Positions 54,909-64,000 of a DNA stretch of 64,000 bases are shown in pieces (within the stretch, counting starts at the first letter, position 1; each line of letters starts with the position of its first letter). Made by a program: the position numbers and the translations under genes. Origin of the DNA: Savitreella phatthalungensis (taxonomy: Eukaryota); the NCBI GenBank assembly GCA_051599415.1, contig AP039700.1, positions 372,001 through 436,000 of the forward strand, written 5' to 3'. Below the pieces are notes generated by a model. That model was given only the letters and a program-made list of their open reading frames with translations, searched no databases and was not told the origin of the DNA.

Positions 54909-57017
54909 ATGACCGACCTCTCTCGTTGGCGACTTGATCAGGATCAGCCTATAGGTGTCTCAGTATGGCGGTATCTGGCACAAGAAGAGAGTAAATCCAA
55001 TCCTCAGTCCATCTCCGAGCGCTATTTTCTTGGCTACAAGTTGCCCTGGAAGACCTACGCGAAGCCAAAGACCGCTCTTGAATCAGCGCGTAATGGATTT
55101 CGCTTCTTTCAGCAGTTACAAGAACCATCAGGCCACTGGGCCTGTTTCTACGGAGGCCCATCCTTCCTCTTACCCGGGCTGATCTTCGCCATGTACATCA
55201 GCGAGACACCCTTCCCAGAACCACAGCGGATCGAATGGATCAAGTTCATTCGATGGTGTCAGAATGACGATGGAGGCTGGGGAATGCATTTTGATGGCTC
55301 ATCGACAAATTTTGGCACCTCTCTGTACTACGTCGCTGCTCGCATCCTCGGAGTCCAGGCGGACGATCAGCTCTGCGTTCTTGCGAGAACTAAGCTTCGT
55401 GAGCTCGGTGGTGCCGTTGCAGCGCCTCAATGGGCAAAGTTCTGGCTCGCAGCTCTCGGGCTTTTCGACTGGCGCGGCGTCAACCCGGTCCCGTCCGAGT
55501 TTTGGCTATTGCCCGAGTGGATGCCGATTCATCCTTGGCGTTGGTGGATCCACACGCGTGTTGTATACTTGCCCATGTCGTACATCTACTCAAATCGTCT
55601 CTCGATGCCAACCAACGAATTATTGGAGCAGCTCAAGGGTGAGATTTACGTCGAGCCATTCGAGCAGATTCGTTTCGAGCGCCACCGCAACAATGTCTCC
55701 TCAATTGATCTACAGAAACCTCATTCAGCGGTACTCAGGCTCATCAACTGGATACTTTATTATTGGATGTTCTACGTGCGTCCTGCTTGGCTCGGAGATG
55801 CAGCCAATCGTGAGACGGAGCATCTGATGCGGAGCGAAGACGAGAACACCGGCTATGCCGACCTGGCACCCGTCAACAAGGCTATGCAGATGGTCGCTTC
55901 TTACTACATTCATGGTCGCGATTCGGAAGAGGTGCGCCAGCATCGCCAGAAAGTCTGGGAATATATGTGGATCGATGAGCGCGGCATGACATCTTCCGGT
56001 ACAAATGGCGTTCAGACTTGGGATACCGCCTTTGCTATTTCGACCTTGTACGAAGCCGGTCTGCACAAGGAACCGGAGTTCCGGAACTGCTTGAATCGTG
56101 CTCTTGACTTCCTCGATAGAACGCAGTTCCGCGATGATCCGACACACAGGTATCGCCAGCGCCGGAAAGGTGGGTGGCCCTTCAGCACGAAGAACAATGG
56201 TTACATCGTGTCAGATTGTGCTGCAGAGGGCCTGAAGTCCGTCCTGCTTCTCCAGCAGAGCGAAGACATTTTCGCAAAGCGTCTGACGGATGATCGCTTG
56301 TTCGAGTGCGTCGATACTCTTCTCACGATGCAGAATTCGAATGGCGGATTTGCTTCGTACGAGAAGGTCCGCGCGTCGCAGCTGCTTGAGTTGCTAAACC
56401 CAGCCGAGGTCTTTGACCGTATCATGGTTGAATACTGCTACGTCGAGTGCTCCGCTGCTGTCTGCAGCAGTCTGAGTCTCTTCAATTCGCTGTATCCGGA
56501 TTACAGATCAAAAGAGATCCGGGAGTCTCGTCAACGCGCGATCGAGTACATCAAGACGCAGCAGCTGTCGGACGGAAGCTTCTACGGATCGTGGGGAATC
56601 TGCTTTACTTATGGCACGATGTTCGCACTCGAGGCTTTTGCTCTGCAGAGCGACACATACGAGAACTGCATCGAAGTTCAGCGTGCCTGCGACTTCCTCA
56701 TCTCTAAACAACGCGAAGACGGTGGCTGGGGTGAGTCTTGGAAGTCTTCGGAGACAGAGATCTACTGCCAGAACGATACTTCTACGGTTTGTCAGACATC
56801 TTGGGCACTCATCGGCCTCTTAACGGCTCGATATCCGGACCGAGAAAAGCTCGAGCGTGGAGTCAAACTGCTCATGGACCGGCAGACATCACATGGAGAG
56901 TGGCTGCAAGAGGACACGGAAGGTGTCTTCAATCGAACAGTCATGATCGGCTATCCTAATTATCGACACTATTTCACCGTCAAGGCTCTGGGATTGTTTG
57001 CGAAGCGTTATGAATAG
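54909..57017 (+). CDS. ERG7: Oxidosqualene cyclase (lanosterol synthase)
   Basis: QW repeats (QEPSGHW, QNDDGGWG, QREDGGWGE), WWIHTRVVY, GTNGVQTWD, GYIVSDCAAE. Confidence 0.93.
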   Translation: MTDLSRWRLDQDQPIGVSVWRYLAQEESKSNPQSISERYFLGYKLPWKTYAKPKTALESARNGFRFFQQLQEPSGHWACFYGGPSFLLPGLIFAMYISETPFPEPQRIEWIKFIRWCQNDDGGWGMHFDGSSTNFGTSLYYVAARILGVQADDQLCVLARTKLRELGGAVAAPQWAKFWLAALGLFDWRGVNPVPSEFWLLPEWMPIHPWRWWIHTRVVYLPMSYIYSNRLSMPTNELLEQLKGEIYVEPFEQIRFERHRNNVSSIDLQKPHSAVLRLINWILYYWMFYVRPAWLGDAANRETEHLMRSEDENTGYADLAPVNKAMQMVASYYIHGRDSEEVRQHRQKVWEYMWIDERGMTSSGTNGVQTWDTAFAISTLYEAGLHKEPEFRNCLNRALDFLDRTQFRDDPTHRYRQRRKGGWPFSTKNNGYIVSDCAAEGLKSVLLLQQSEDIFAKRLTDDRLFECVDTLLTMQNSNGGFASYEKVRASQLLELLNPAEVFDRIMVEYCYVECSAAVCSSLSLFNSLYPDYRSKEIRESRQRAIEYIKTQQLSDGSFYGSWGICFTYGTMFALEAFALQSDTYENCIEVQRACDFLISKQREDGGWGESWKSSETEIYCQNDTSTVCQTSWALIGLLTARYPDREKLERGVKLLMDRQTSHGEWLQEDTEGVFNRTVMIGYPNYRHYFTVKALGLFAKRYE

Positions 57018-57189
57018 AACGATCGACCTTGGTTGCCCCACAACCGGATGCTGATCAAGATACGAGGTAAATAGAAGTGACAATATGTAATTGATCTGAT
57101 CGAATACACAACCAGGTTGCGCGCTGTTACCCGGAGCCTCGCCTCGCCTCATAAGGTCTTAAGACGGGTGCGGCTCCTGCCAAGGCGCA

Positions 57190-59505
57190 ATGGCGCAAAA
57201 TCTGCTGTCGCGCATCTTTGGCGCAGGCTCAGTGTACGAGACGCTGAATGATCGCGACGATGAGTCGCAATACTCATTGCATGCCCAGCCATCTCATTAC
57301 GATATGACCTTCAAGCCTTTCAGGTCAAGGGGGCATCTTGGAGATGACGACGCTCATAGCGCAGTTCCAGAGTCGCTTCTTTATGAGGGCGCTCAACCCA
57401 ACATGGCCAATCTGCCTCCGCGGCCGGACGAAGAAGAGCATCCGTCTGAGGACGCTGAAGATCTGCAACGCAAAGCGCTGCGCACATCAGCCTTTGTGTC
57501 TTCGCATGATCGCGCGCGCTGGAAATGGGCAAATGTTGACAATCTTGACAACTTCCTCCACGACGTTTACGCTTATTATCTCGGAAATGGCATTTACAGC
57601 ATTCTACTGTCGCGTCTGCTCAACCTGCTGACCATGGCTTTCGTCACTGGTTTCTCGACCTACCTGGGAGGTTGCATCGACTACAGTCGCTTGAGACAGG
57701 CATCGAAGTTGAGCGATATTCAAATTGAGAGCTGCGTTGCAAGGATGTCCGGTACGTCGATCACGTTGCTCTGGCTGCTGACACTATTCTGGTTCATCAA
57801 ACTCTTCCAGTACATCTCTGACATACGCATGCTCTGGGATATGCACAACTTTTATCGACACTTACTCGAGGTGTCCGAGGCAGATATGCAAACAATTGGC
57901 TGGCAGGAAATTACTACGCGCCTCATGGGCCTACGTGACGACAATCCCGTGACAGCGAATGCTGGGCGCACGGCTGTCAGGGTGACGAAGCAGCGGATGG
58001 ATGCACATGATATCGCCAATCGCATCATGCGAAAGGAAAACTATCTGGTCGCACTATTCAACAAGGATGTGTTAGACTTCAGCCTACCATTGCTGCCGGG
58101 AAGGCAGGTCTTCACCCGAGCTATGGAGTGGAATCTCGGTCTGTGCGTGCTACAATATGTGTTCGATGAACACGGACAGGTGAGACCGGCTTTCCTCAAC
58201 GATACACATCGCCGTAGTCTCGCCGAAGGACTTCGACGGCGCTTCCTCTTTGCAGGTATCATGAATGCCGTGCTGGCTCCTTTCATCATCGTCTACTTAC
58301 TACTCGTTTACTTCTTCCGATACTTCAACGAATACCATAAAAACCCCGCCGCAATTGGCAGCAGGACATACACACCATATGCGCTCTGGAAGTTCCGCGA
58401 ATTCAATGAGCTTACTCACATCTTTCAGAAGCGTGTCAACCTCTCGCACGCTTGTGCCGATCGCTATGTCAGTCAGTTCCCAAATGACAAGACCGTCCAG
58501 ATAGCGCGATTCATCTCATTCGTGGCAGGGTCTTTTGCGGCGGTGCTTGCCCTCGCGAGCGTCATCGATCCTGAGCTCTTCTTGGGCTTCGAGGTCACCC
58601 ATGACCGCACTGTACTCTTCTATCTCGGTCTATTTGGTACCCTTGTTGCTCTGAGCAGATCGCTTGTCCCGGGGGAGACAATTGTTTTCGAACCGGAAGA
58701 AGCCATCCGAGACGTCATCGAATACACCCACTACTGTCCAGAGGCTTGGCGGAACAACCTGCATTCGCACGATGTGAAGCGCGAGTTTGCGGAGCTCTAT
58801 GACTACAAGCTGAGCATCTTTATCCAGGAGATCGTATCGGTCCTCGTTGTCCCTCTTGTGCTGTGGTTCAGCTTGCCACGGTGCAGTGAACGCATCGTCG
58901 ACTTCATTCGCGACTTCACTGTCCATGTGGACGGCATCGGTCATGTTTGCAGCTTCGCCGTCTTCGACTTTGTCAGGCACGGGAACGTTCGATTCGGCGC
59001 GCCGAAGGTATCCTTAGATGCTCAAAAGCATTTGCCTCCACAAGGCGAGGTTCGACAGAATCAGAGAGGACGACAAGAACAACAAAGTTCGCTCAATGTG
59101 TCAAACGATGGTAAGATGGAGAAATCCTTTCTCAATTTCAAGGCCAGCAACCCGTCGTGGCAACCGGATCCAGCTGGCTCAGCCTTCCTGGCTAGCTTGC
59201 AGAACCGCGAGCATCGATCGACTGGGCGAACACGTCTGTCGGACTCGTACGCGCCAGCAACATTGAGGGGCGGTGGCGGAGTCGGTGTCCGCAGCACGCG
59301 TGGTGTTGCTCGAATCAGGGAGGAATCCCCTCATCGATCGCCGTTATCGCCACCTCAGGTCGCAACCTTGCTCGGTGAATCTTTCCTGGACCCGACAAAG
59401 CTCATCTCGTCACCGGTGCAAGCTACCGAAAGGCCCACCGGGGCAGGTGTGCTCAACATGGTTCACCGCTTTTACCAGGAGGCTGGCAACAAGCCTCCAG
59501 TTTGA
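57190..59505 (+). CDS. ATG9: Autophagy lipid scramblase Atg9
   Basis: [83 protein letters not shown]. Confidence 0.97.
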   Translation: MAQNLLSRIFGAGSVYETLNDRDDESQYSLHAQPSHYDMTFKPFRSRGHLGDDDAHSAVPESLLYEGAQPNMANLPPRPDEEEHPSEDAEDLQRKALRTSAFVSSHDRARWKWANVDNLDNFLHDVYAYYLGNGIYSILLSRLLNLLTMAFVTGFSTYLGGCIDYSRLRQASKLSDIQIESCVARMSGTSITLLWLLTLFWFIKLFQYISDIRMLWDMHNFYRHLLEVSEADMQTIGWQEITTRLMGLRDDNPVTANAGRTAVRVTKQRMDAHDIANRIMRKENYLVALFNKDVLDFSLPLLPGRQVFTRAMEWNLGLCVLQYVFDEHGQVRPAFLNDTHRRSLAEGLRRRFLFAGIMNAVLAPFIIVYLLLVYFFRYFNEYHKNPAAIGSRTYTPYALWKFREFNELTHIFQKRVNLSHACADRYVSQFPNDKTVQIARFISFVAGSFAAVLALASVIDPELFLGFEVTHDRTVLFYLGLFGTLVALSRSLVPGETIVFEPEEAIRDVIEYTHYCPEAWRNNLHSHDVKREFAELYDYKLSIFIQEIVSVLVVPLVLWFSLPRCSERIVDFIRDFTVHVDGIGHVCSFAVFDFVRHGNVRFGAPKVSLDAQKHLPPQGEVRQNQRGRQEQQSSLNVSNDGKMEKSFLNFKASNPSWQPDPAGSAFLASLQNREHRSTGRTRLSDSYAPATLRGGGGVGVRSTRGVARIREESPHRSPLSPPQVATLLGESFLDPTKLISSPVQATERPTGAGVLNMVHRFYQEAGNKPPV

Positions 59506-59635
59506 TGTCCAGCTCGGCGACTTGTACGCAGTGCAGATGGTACGTATCCACGTAAATATGATGAATGAATGCAAGATCAAATTTCACTTTATTTGACCAT
59601 ACACCTACCGCTTCTGACGTACTTTCGAGGACGAC

Positions 59636-60571
59636 ATGGCCGGTGAAGAGCTAGAGAAGTGTCCAGTGTGCTCCTCCGACAAGTACTTGAATCCAGAACT
59701 GAAATTTCTGGTCAATCCGACATGCTATCACAAGATGTGCGAGTCGTGCGTCGCACGTATCTTCACACTCGGACCAGCACCTTGTCCTATTTGCTCGCGC
59801 GTTCTGCGGCGGCACAAGTTCAGGCTACAGACATTTGAGGACGTTGCCACGGAACGCGAGGTTGACACGCGGCGGAGACTGTCGAAAATCTTCAACAAAG
59901 CCGAGGACGACTTTGCTGATCTACGAGCGTATAATGATTATCTCGAAGAAGTGGAAAACTTGACATTCAATCTGATCAACGGTGTCGACGTCGATCGTAC
60001 GGAGGCTCGCGTGAAGCAGTATGAACAACAAAACCGCAAGATCATCAATGCCAACCAGGAGCGTAAGGCTGCAGAAGTGGCTTTGCAGAGAGAGGCCGAG
60101 CGCTTCGAGCGGGAGGCTCGCAACAACGCCGCCAGGCGAGCACAAGAGATGCTGCTGAAGGAGGAAGAGGAGCGGGAAGAAAGGAGTGCAGAGCTGCTAA
60201 GCGCAATGCAGGCAGGAGCTGATGTTGAGAGCGTCCGGAAGCAGATTGCCGAGAGAAGTCGGCTGCGACTGGAGGCGAAGCAGCGAGAAAGTGAGGCAGA
60301 ATTGCAGCAGACCTTGCAAAGCTTTGCTGTGCGACAAAAAGGTCGACTGCAGCAGCTTCGTCGCGAGGCAGACACGCCTTTCTCTCCTACCCTTGGCTGG
60401 GGTTCCAAGAACGACGTCTACCAGCTGCAAGATGATTACGATGACGAATTTCTCACCACACTCAAGAAAGACAAGGCCTTCATTGCAGGCGGTGCAAGGT
60501 ATGTCGACATTTACGACCGGGCTTTGTTCGAAGCTTTCTCGGCTCTACCGACTTCTACTAGTGTACATTAG
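59636..60571 (+). CDS. TFB3: TFIIH/CAK assembly factor MAT1 (Tfb3/Pmh1)
   Basis: RING CPVCSSDKYLNP..CYHKMCESC..CPIC, FED..EREV..R, LRAYNDYLEEVE. Confidence 0.95.
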   Translation: MAGEELEKCPVCSSDKYLNPELKFLVNPTCYHKMCESCVARIFTLGPAPCPICSRVLRRHKFRLQTFEDVATEREVDTRRRLSKIFNKAEDDFADLRAYNDYLEEVENLTFNLINGVDVDRTEARVKQYEQQNRKIINANQERKAAEVALQREAERFEREARNNAARRAQEMLLKEEEEREERSAELLSAMQAGADVESVRKQIAERSRLRLEAKQRESEAELQQTLQSFAVRQKGRLQQLRREADTPFSPTLGWGSKNDVYQLQDDYDDEFLTTLKKDKAFIAGGARYVDIYDRALFEAFSALPTSTSVH

Positions 60572-60598
60572 CTTCATTCAAGCACAACATCCTCCCTG

Positions 60599-61462
60599 CT
60601 AGACGCCGACCTTTTCGAGTAGCAAGGAGGTCTGCTCATAGCATGTAAAGACAATACCTCCAGACAGAATCAGGCGAGCCAGCCTTGGCAGTGCACCAGA
60701 CCAGAGCGATAGCACTCCTTCTTCGGTAATGATGCGACTGAAGCAGTGGAACGAGTTCTTGTACTCCGATCGACTAGCCAAGGACTGCATGCGCGTCTTG
60801 ACGGTGTCCAGCGGCATCGTGACGTAGACGGTGATGATGCCTGCGCAGCCGCCAATCGCGAATGTTGATGCAAGTCCGAGTTTTTCGCCGGGCGCCAGAG
60901 AACCCTGTGCAGCGCTCTTGAGGAAATTGTATGATGAAAATCGCACAGCAGAGTTTGCGCTCTGGCGCATCATGGTCGGTACCAAGCCCTTGTACAGGGC
61001 AGTGAAGCCCTGCTCAGCGATGATTGTGCGAGTACCATGAACAAGGCCATTGAGCCGCGGCTGCGCCCGCTTTTTGTCATCAATCAGCGCCGTCTTGACC
61101 GATTCGAATGGTGTCACAGCAAAGAGAGACTCGCACACTCCCGCGCCGAATCCTGCTAGCAGTGTCTTCGGGCCCGAAATTGCGCCGTCAGCATCTGCCA
61201 GGGCAGCCTTGATCGAATCAAATGCCAAAAAGCGGACCGCAGCCTTCATCGCATTACCTGTCACCGTCGTAGAGCAGCCTGTGTACCATGCCTTGCCGAA
61301 CGGGGGGATTGGCTCCTTTTGTCCAGCCGGAAGACGCCGGTTGAGCTGTTTGATCGTCTTGAGGTATTCTGCTGGATAGGTGATCGAGACCTCGATGGCA
61401 CCGGCCAAAGCCCCAGACAGGATCGAATTGACCGGACTCGGTTTGTGCTTGACGTCAGTCAT
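60599..61462 (-). CDS. CTP1: Mitochondrial citrate/tricarboxylate carrier
   Basis: Three PxE/DxxK motifs (YPAEYLKT, TPFESVKT, MPLDTVKTRMQ), GNAMKAAVRF, RQSANSAVRF, PRLARLILSGGIVF. Confidence 0.93.
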   Translation of the reverse strand: MTDVKHKPSPVNSILSGALAGAIEVSITYPAEYLKTIKQLNRRLPAGQKEPIPPFGKAWYTGCSTTVTGNAMKAAVRFLAFDSIKAALADADGAISGPKTLLAGFGAGVCESLFAVTPFESVKTALIDDKKRAQPRLNGLVHGTRTIIAEQGFTALYKGLVPTMMRQSANSAVRFSSYNFLKSAAQGSLAPGEKLGLASTFAIGGCAGIITVYVTMPLDTVKTRMQSLASRSEYKNSFHCFSRIITEEGVLSLWSGALPRLARLILSGGIVFTCYEQTSLLLEKVGV

Positions 61463-62102
61463 GGCGTGAGTGGTTCTATGATCTGTCAAACAACTTTTGA
61501 AACCACCGAACTGTCGTGCGATACGTTCTTCAGATCGTCAGAGTCAGAGGGAAGGGTTCGGATTAAGGAGCCTTGAGGATTTCCGCAGGTTTTTTCTCGT
61601 ATGCTCGCCCTTGCCTCTTGCCTCTCGTATTGAATCACTGGTAGACCAGCTGGACAGCTGCAGATCTGTGAAGCGAACAGGTGAAGTCTCAGCTATATCG
61701 TAACATATGTGCATATATGGAAGATGTCGGCATAGACACGGATATTCGTGCATTGAGCAGAATGAAGCTGAGCACGTGCGTTCAAAGCTGTAGACAGTGT
61801 GAAGATGAGCGGACGACTTGCAATTGAATCAGAGTTTTATTCACAATTGCATTCAGAGTTGTATTCAGATATCCCATCCATTCTTTCTTTTTGAAATTCA
61901 GCGCCACGATCGAGGTCAGCCAATTGCAATTGAGACTCATTTGGTTGTGTCAGCGGGGCAAAATCAAATCGAATCTACATCAATCGAACCGAATGCTGTG
62001 ATCCATGATCACAGGTCTACGTGCTTCTATTGTCAGTTAACCATCTGTACGCATAGACCATTATATCAACCCAAGTCAAGACCTTCAACAATCAGGCGTC
62101 TA

Positions 62103-63080
62103 ATGAGCCTCGATCTAGGTCGATGGGACGCTGTCTGGCGCATACTAGAGGATGACTCAATCACCAAGAAGAACGACAAATCGTGCACTCCGGCTGCTGT
62201 CGACTTTGTCTCAAAGCTCAGGCAAGACATGGGACGCGGCGTGCATGCAGTCAGACCCAGCTCGCTAGACACACCACCACAGCTCAATGACTGTGCCAGC
62301 GCCTCCGAAGACGACATTGTCACGTCGTCCGATGAGGATACGTCTGACCGTCTGCGTCGTCTCCGGGACCAGATGGACAAAGCCATGCTAAAGTATTCCA
62401 CACAGCATGAGCGATTGGAACCGCGAGTGCGCGCCATGCGAACTCGCCAAAAACTTGCAAACATGGCGGTGTCAAGCGATGCAAGACCACATGTCTTCGT
62501 TGACTCCTCAAATCTTTACCTAGGATTTCAGCAAACACTGCAGGATCTCCATCCGAAGGAATATCCGGCATTCGCGCCACCACACCGGAGACCGAAGATG
62601 GACTTGGCAGTGCTGGCAACGATCCTTGAGCGCGACCGAAAATGCGAGAGACGTGTCCTTGTCGGTAGTACTCCATTGCTTCAGCGTTGGACACCTGCCG
62701 AACGCTTAGGCTACGAGATCTCCCTGCTTGAGCGACTACCCGGGATCGGACAATCGCCAAGCCGCGCTTCTGGCGGGACGCGCAAAGAACAGGGTGTCGA
62801 CGAATTGCTTCATCTCAAGATGCTCGAATCTGTACTCGACGCAGAGCCGGGTGTTATGGTTCTGGGAACGGGTGATGCTCGACAAGCACAGTTTTCCGCC
62901 GGTGGATTTTTCGCCTGCGCTCTCAGGGCTCTCGCGCGAGGATGGTCTGTCGAGGTAGTCGCATGGTCCTCAGGCTGTGGACAGGCCTGGTTCGAGCTCA
63001 AACGGCAATATGAGCGACTAGGCGATGCCCATTTCCAGCTCATATTGCTTGACGACTTCGTTCATGAACTCGAAGCTTGA
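62103..63080 (+). CDS. PIN/NYN (LabA-like) domain protein
   Basis: HVFVDSSN, KEQGVDELLHLKMLES, MVLGTGDA, ALARGWSVEVVAW, ILLDDF; ATG at 62103. Confidence 0.75.
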   Translation: MSLDLGRWDAVWRILEDDSITKKNDKSCTPAAVDFVSKLRQDMGRGVHAVRPSSLDTPPQLNDCASASEDDIVTSSDEDTSDRLRRLRDQMDKAMLKYSTQHERLEPRVRAMRTRQKLANMAVSSDARPHVFVDSSNLYLGFQQTLQDLHPKEYPAFAPPHRRPKMDLAVLATILERDRKCERRVLVGSTPLLQRWTPAERLGYEISLLERLPGIGQSPSRASGGTRKEQGVDELLHLKMLESVLDAEPGVMVLGTGDARQAQFSAGGFFACALRALARGWSVEVVAWSSGCGQAWFELKRQYERLGDAHFQLILLDDFVHELEA

Positions 63081-63226
63081 GCTATCACGATGATGTGCAT
63101 ATGCAGTGACGTAGAAAATGTTGATGATAATGATAATGATGTCTCTGTCTGAAGCGTACAAATGCTGGTGGTCGTTACGTGTTCATCAAGGGCAAGTCCC
63201 TACGTTTGAATTCCTCAACACAAGCC

Positions 63227-64000
63227 TCAAAGCCTTAGGGTGCTCCGTAAGGCATCCAGAGCTCTCGTCTCCTCACCCCAACGTACCGCAGCTGCGAGTG
63301 ATCCGACAGGTTGAAGGTGCATGTGGGGAACCTGAGACGAGGAATGCTGCTGCTGTGCTCGAGATAGATCTGTCGGAGTGTCCGCGATATCGAGATCCCG
63401 GAGCGAAGGCAAGCGTTGTGTGCGCGAATCGTTTCGATTGGCCGTCTTGTCCGTGCCCGGACTCGGTATGCGCGGAGCCACTGCTGGCGGACTTGGTCGC
63501 CGCCCTTTGTCGCCATTCACGGAGATGCGACCGCTCCCGGGGCCTGCTGAATGACGACGGTAATATGCCACATCCGGGTCCATGTATGCAGTCGAGGTCG
63601 ATTGGCGACGGTGGACATCCGGCGAACTTGCGCCTCGGCGGCCCGGGGACACTGGCGAACCATACGAGTCGGTTTGCGGAGAGACCGTACTCGGCGCTGC
63701 ACCCAATTTGAAGTGGCTGTAGTCGGGACGTTCAAAATGCTGGTGATTATGCTGCGCATAATGCTGGTGCGCGTGAAGCTGCGACTGATAGGGATGAAAG
63801 TGGGAAGGCGGGGTGTGATAGCCTGCCGGACGGCCAGAAAGATGGGAGCCCGCGTACCGGCCATCTACAGAGGGTCGGCGGCTATCGCTGAATGTCTGTC
63901 GCGACTCTGTGGACTGTCGACGGTCAAGTGACCAGTCCCGCGAGAAGTGCCCGTGCTGATTTGAGAGTGAGCTATGATATGACATATCGCGCGGCTGCAG
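63227..64000 (-). CDS. 5'-partial low-complexity protein, possibly the C-terminus of a Gti1/Pac2-family regulator
   Basis: Frame is open to the window edge; Ser/His/Pro-rich, with RLPSLRDL and terminal WGEETRALDAL motifs. Confidence 0.5.
   Translation of the reverse strand: MQPRDMSYHSSLSNQHGHFSRDWSLDRRQSTESRQTFSDSRRPSVDGRYAGSHLSGRPAGYHTPPSHFHPYQSQLHAHQHYAQHNHQHFERPDYSHFKLGAAPSTVSPQTDSYGSPVSPGRRGASSPDVHRRQSTSTAYMDPDVAYYRRHSAGPGSGRISVNGDKGRRPSPPAVAPRIPSPGTDKTANRNDSRTQRLPSLRDLDIADTPTDLSRAQQQHSSSQVPHMHLQPVGSLAAAVRWGEETRALDALRSTLRL

Noticed and set aside
1..64000. tRNA, rRNA, snRNA, RNase P/MRP, telomerase RNA, transposons, CRISPR
   Set aside because: No diagnostic motifs found by eye in intergenic regions; a covariance-model search would be needed to exclude divergent ncRNAs

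Overview
Eukaryotic (fungal) nuclear DNA, gene-dense and intron-poor: about 33 protein-coding genes, with short GT-AG introns of 46-66 nt carrying CTGAC/CTAAC branch sites. Style and gene content (complex I subunit, acyl-CoA oxidase, CarO-like rhodopsin) suggest an early-diverging ascomycete, possibly Taphrinomycotina; this is inference only. Most genes are housekeeping: RAD54, HSP90, SMC6, NBP35, RPN3, AFG2, ERG7, ATG9, TFB3, CTP1, POX1, ALDH and an aldo-keto reductase. I could not support any tRNA, rRNA, transposon or CRISPR feature. Most noteworthy items: (1) a DCAF8/iqw1-like WD40 gene split by a frameshift whose first frame ends at UUU-UGA; (2) an acyl-CoA oxidase with a perfect N-terminal PTS2; (3) a complete DTD-type proton-pump rhodopsin outside a carotenoid cluster, divergent from (4) a secreted protein with a long SGGD(T/P) repeat and Kex2 sites; (5) a racemase-fold protein lacking its second Cys; (6) small genes missed or mis-called by the ORF track (bL33m and a spliced 74-aa orphan with a mitochondrial-type presequence); (7) MCB and HSE promoter elements at the expected genes. 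All family calls come from motif recognition, not database searches.
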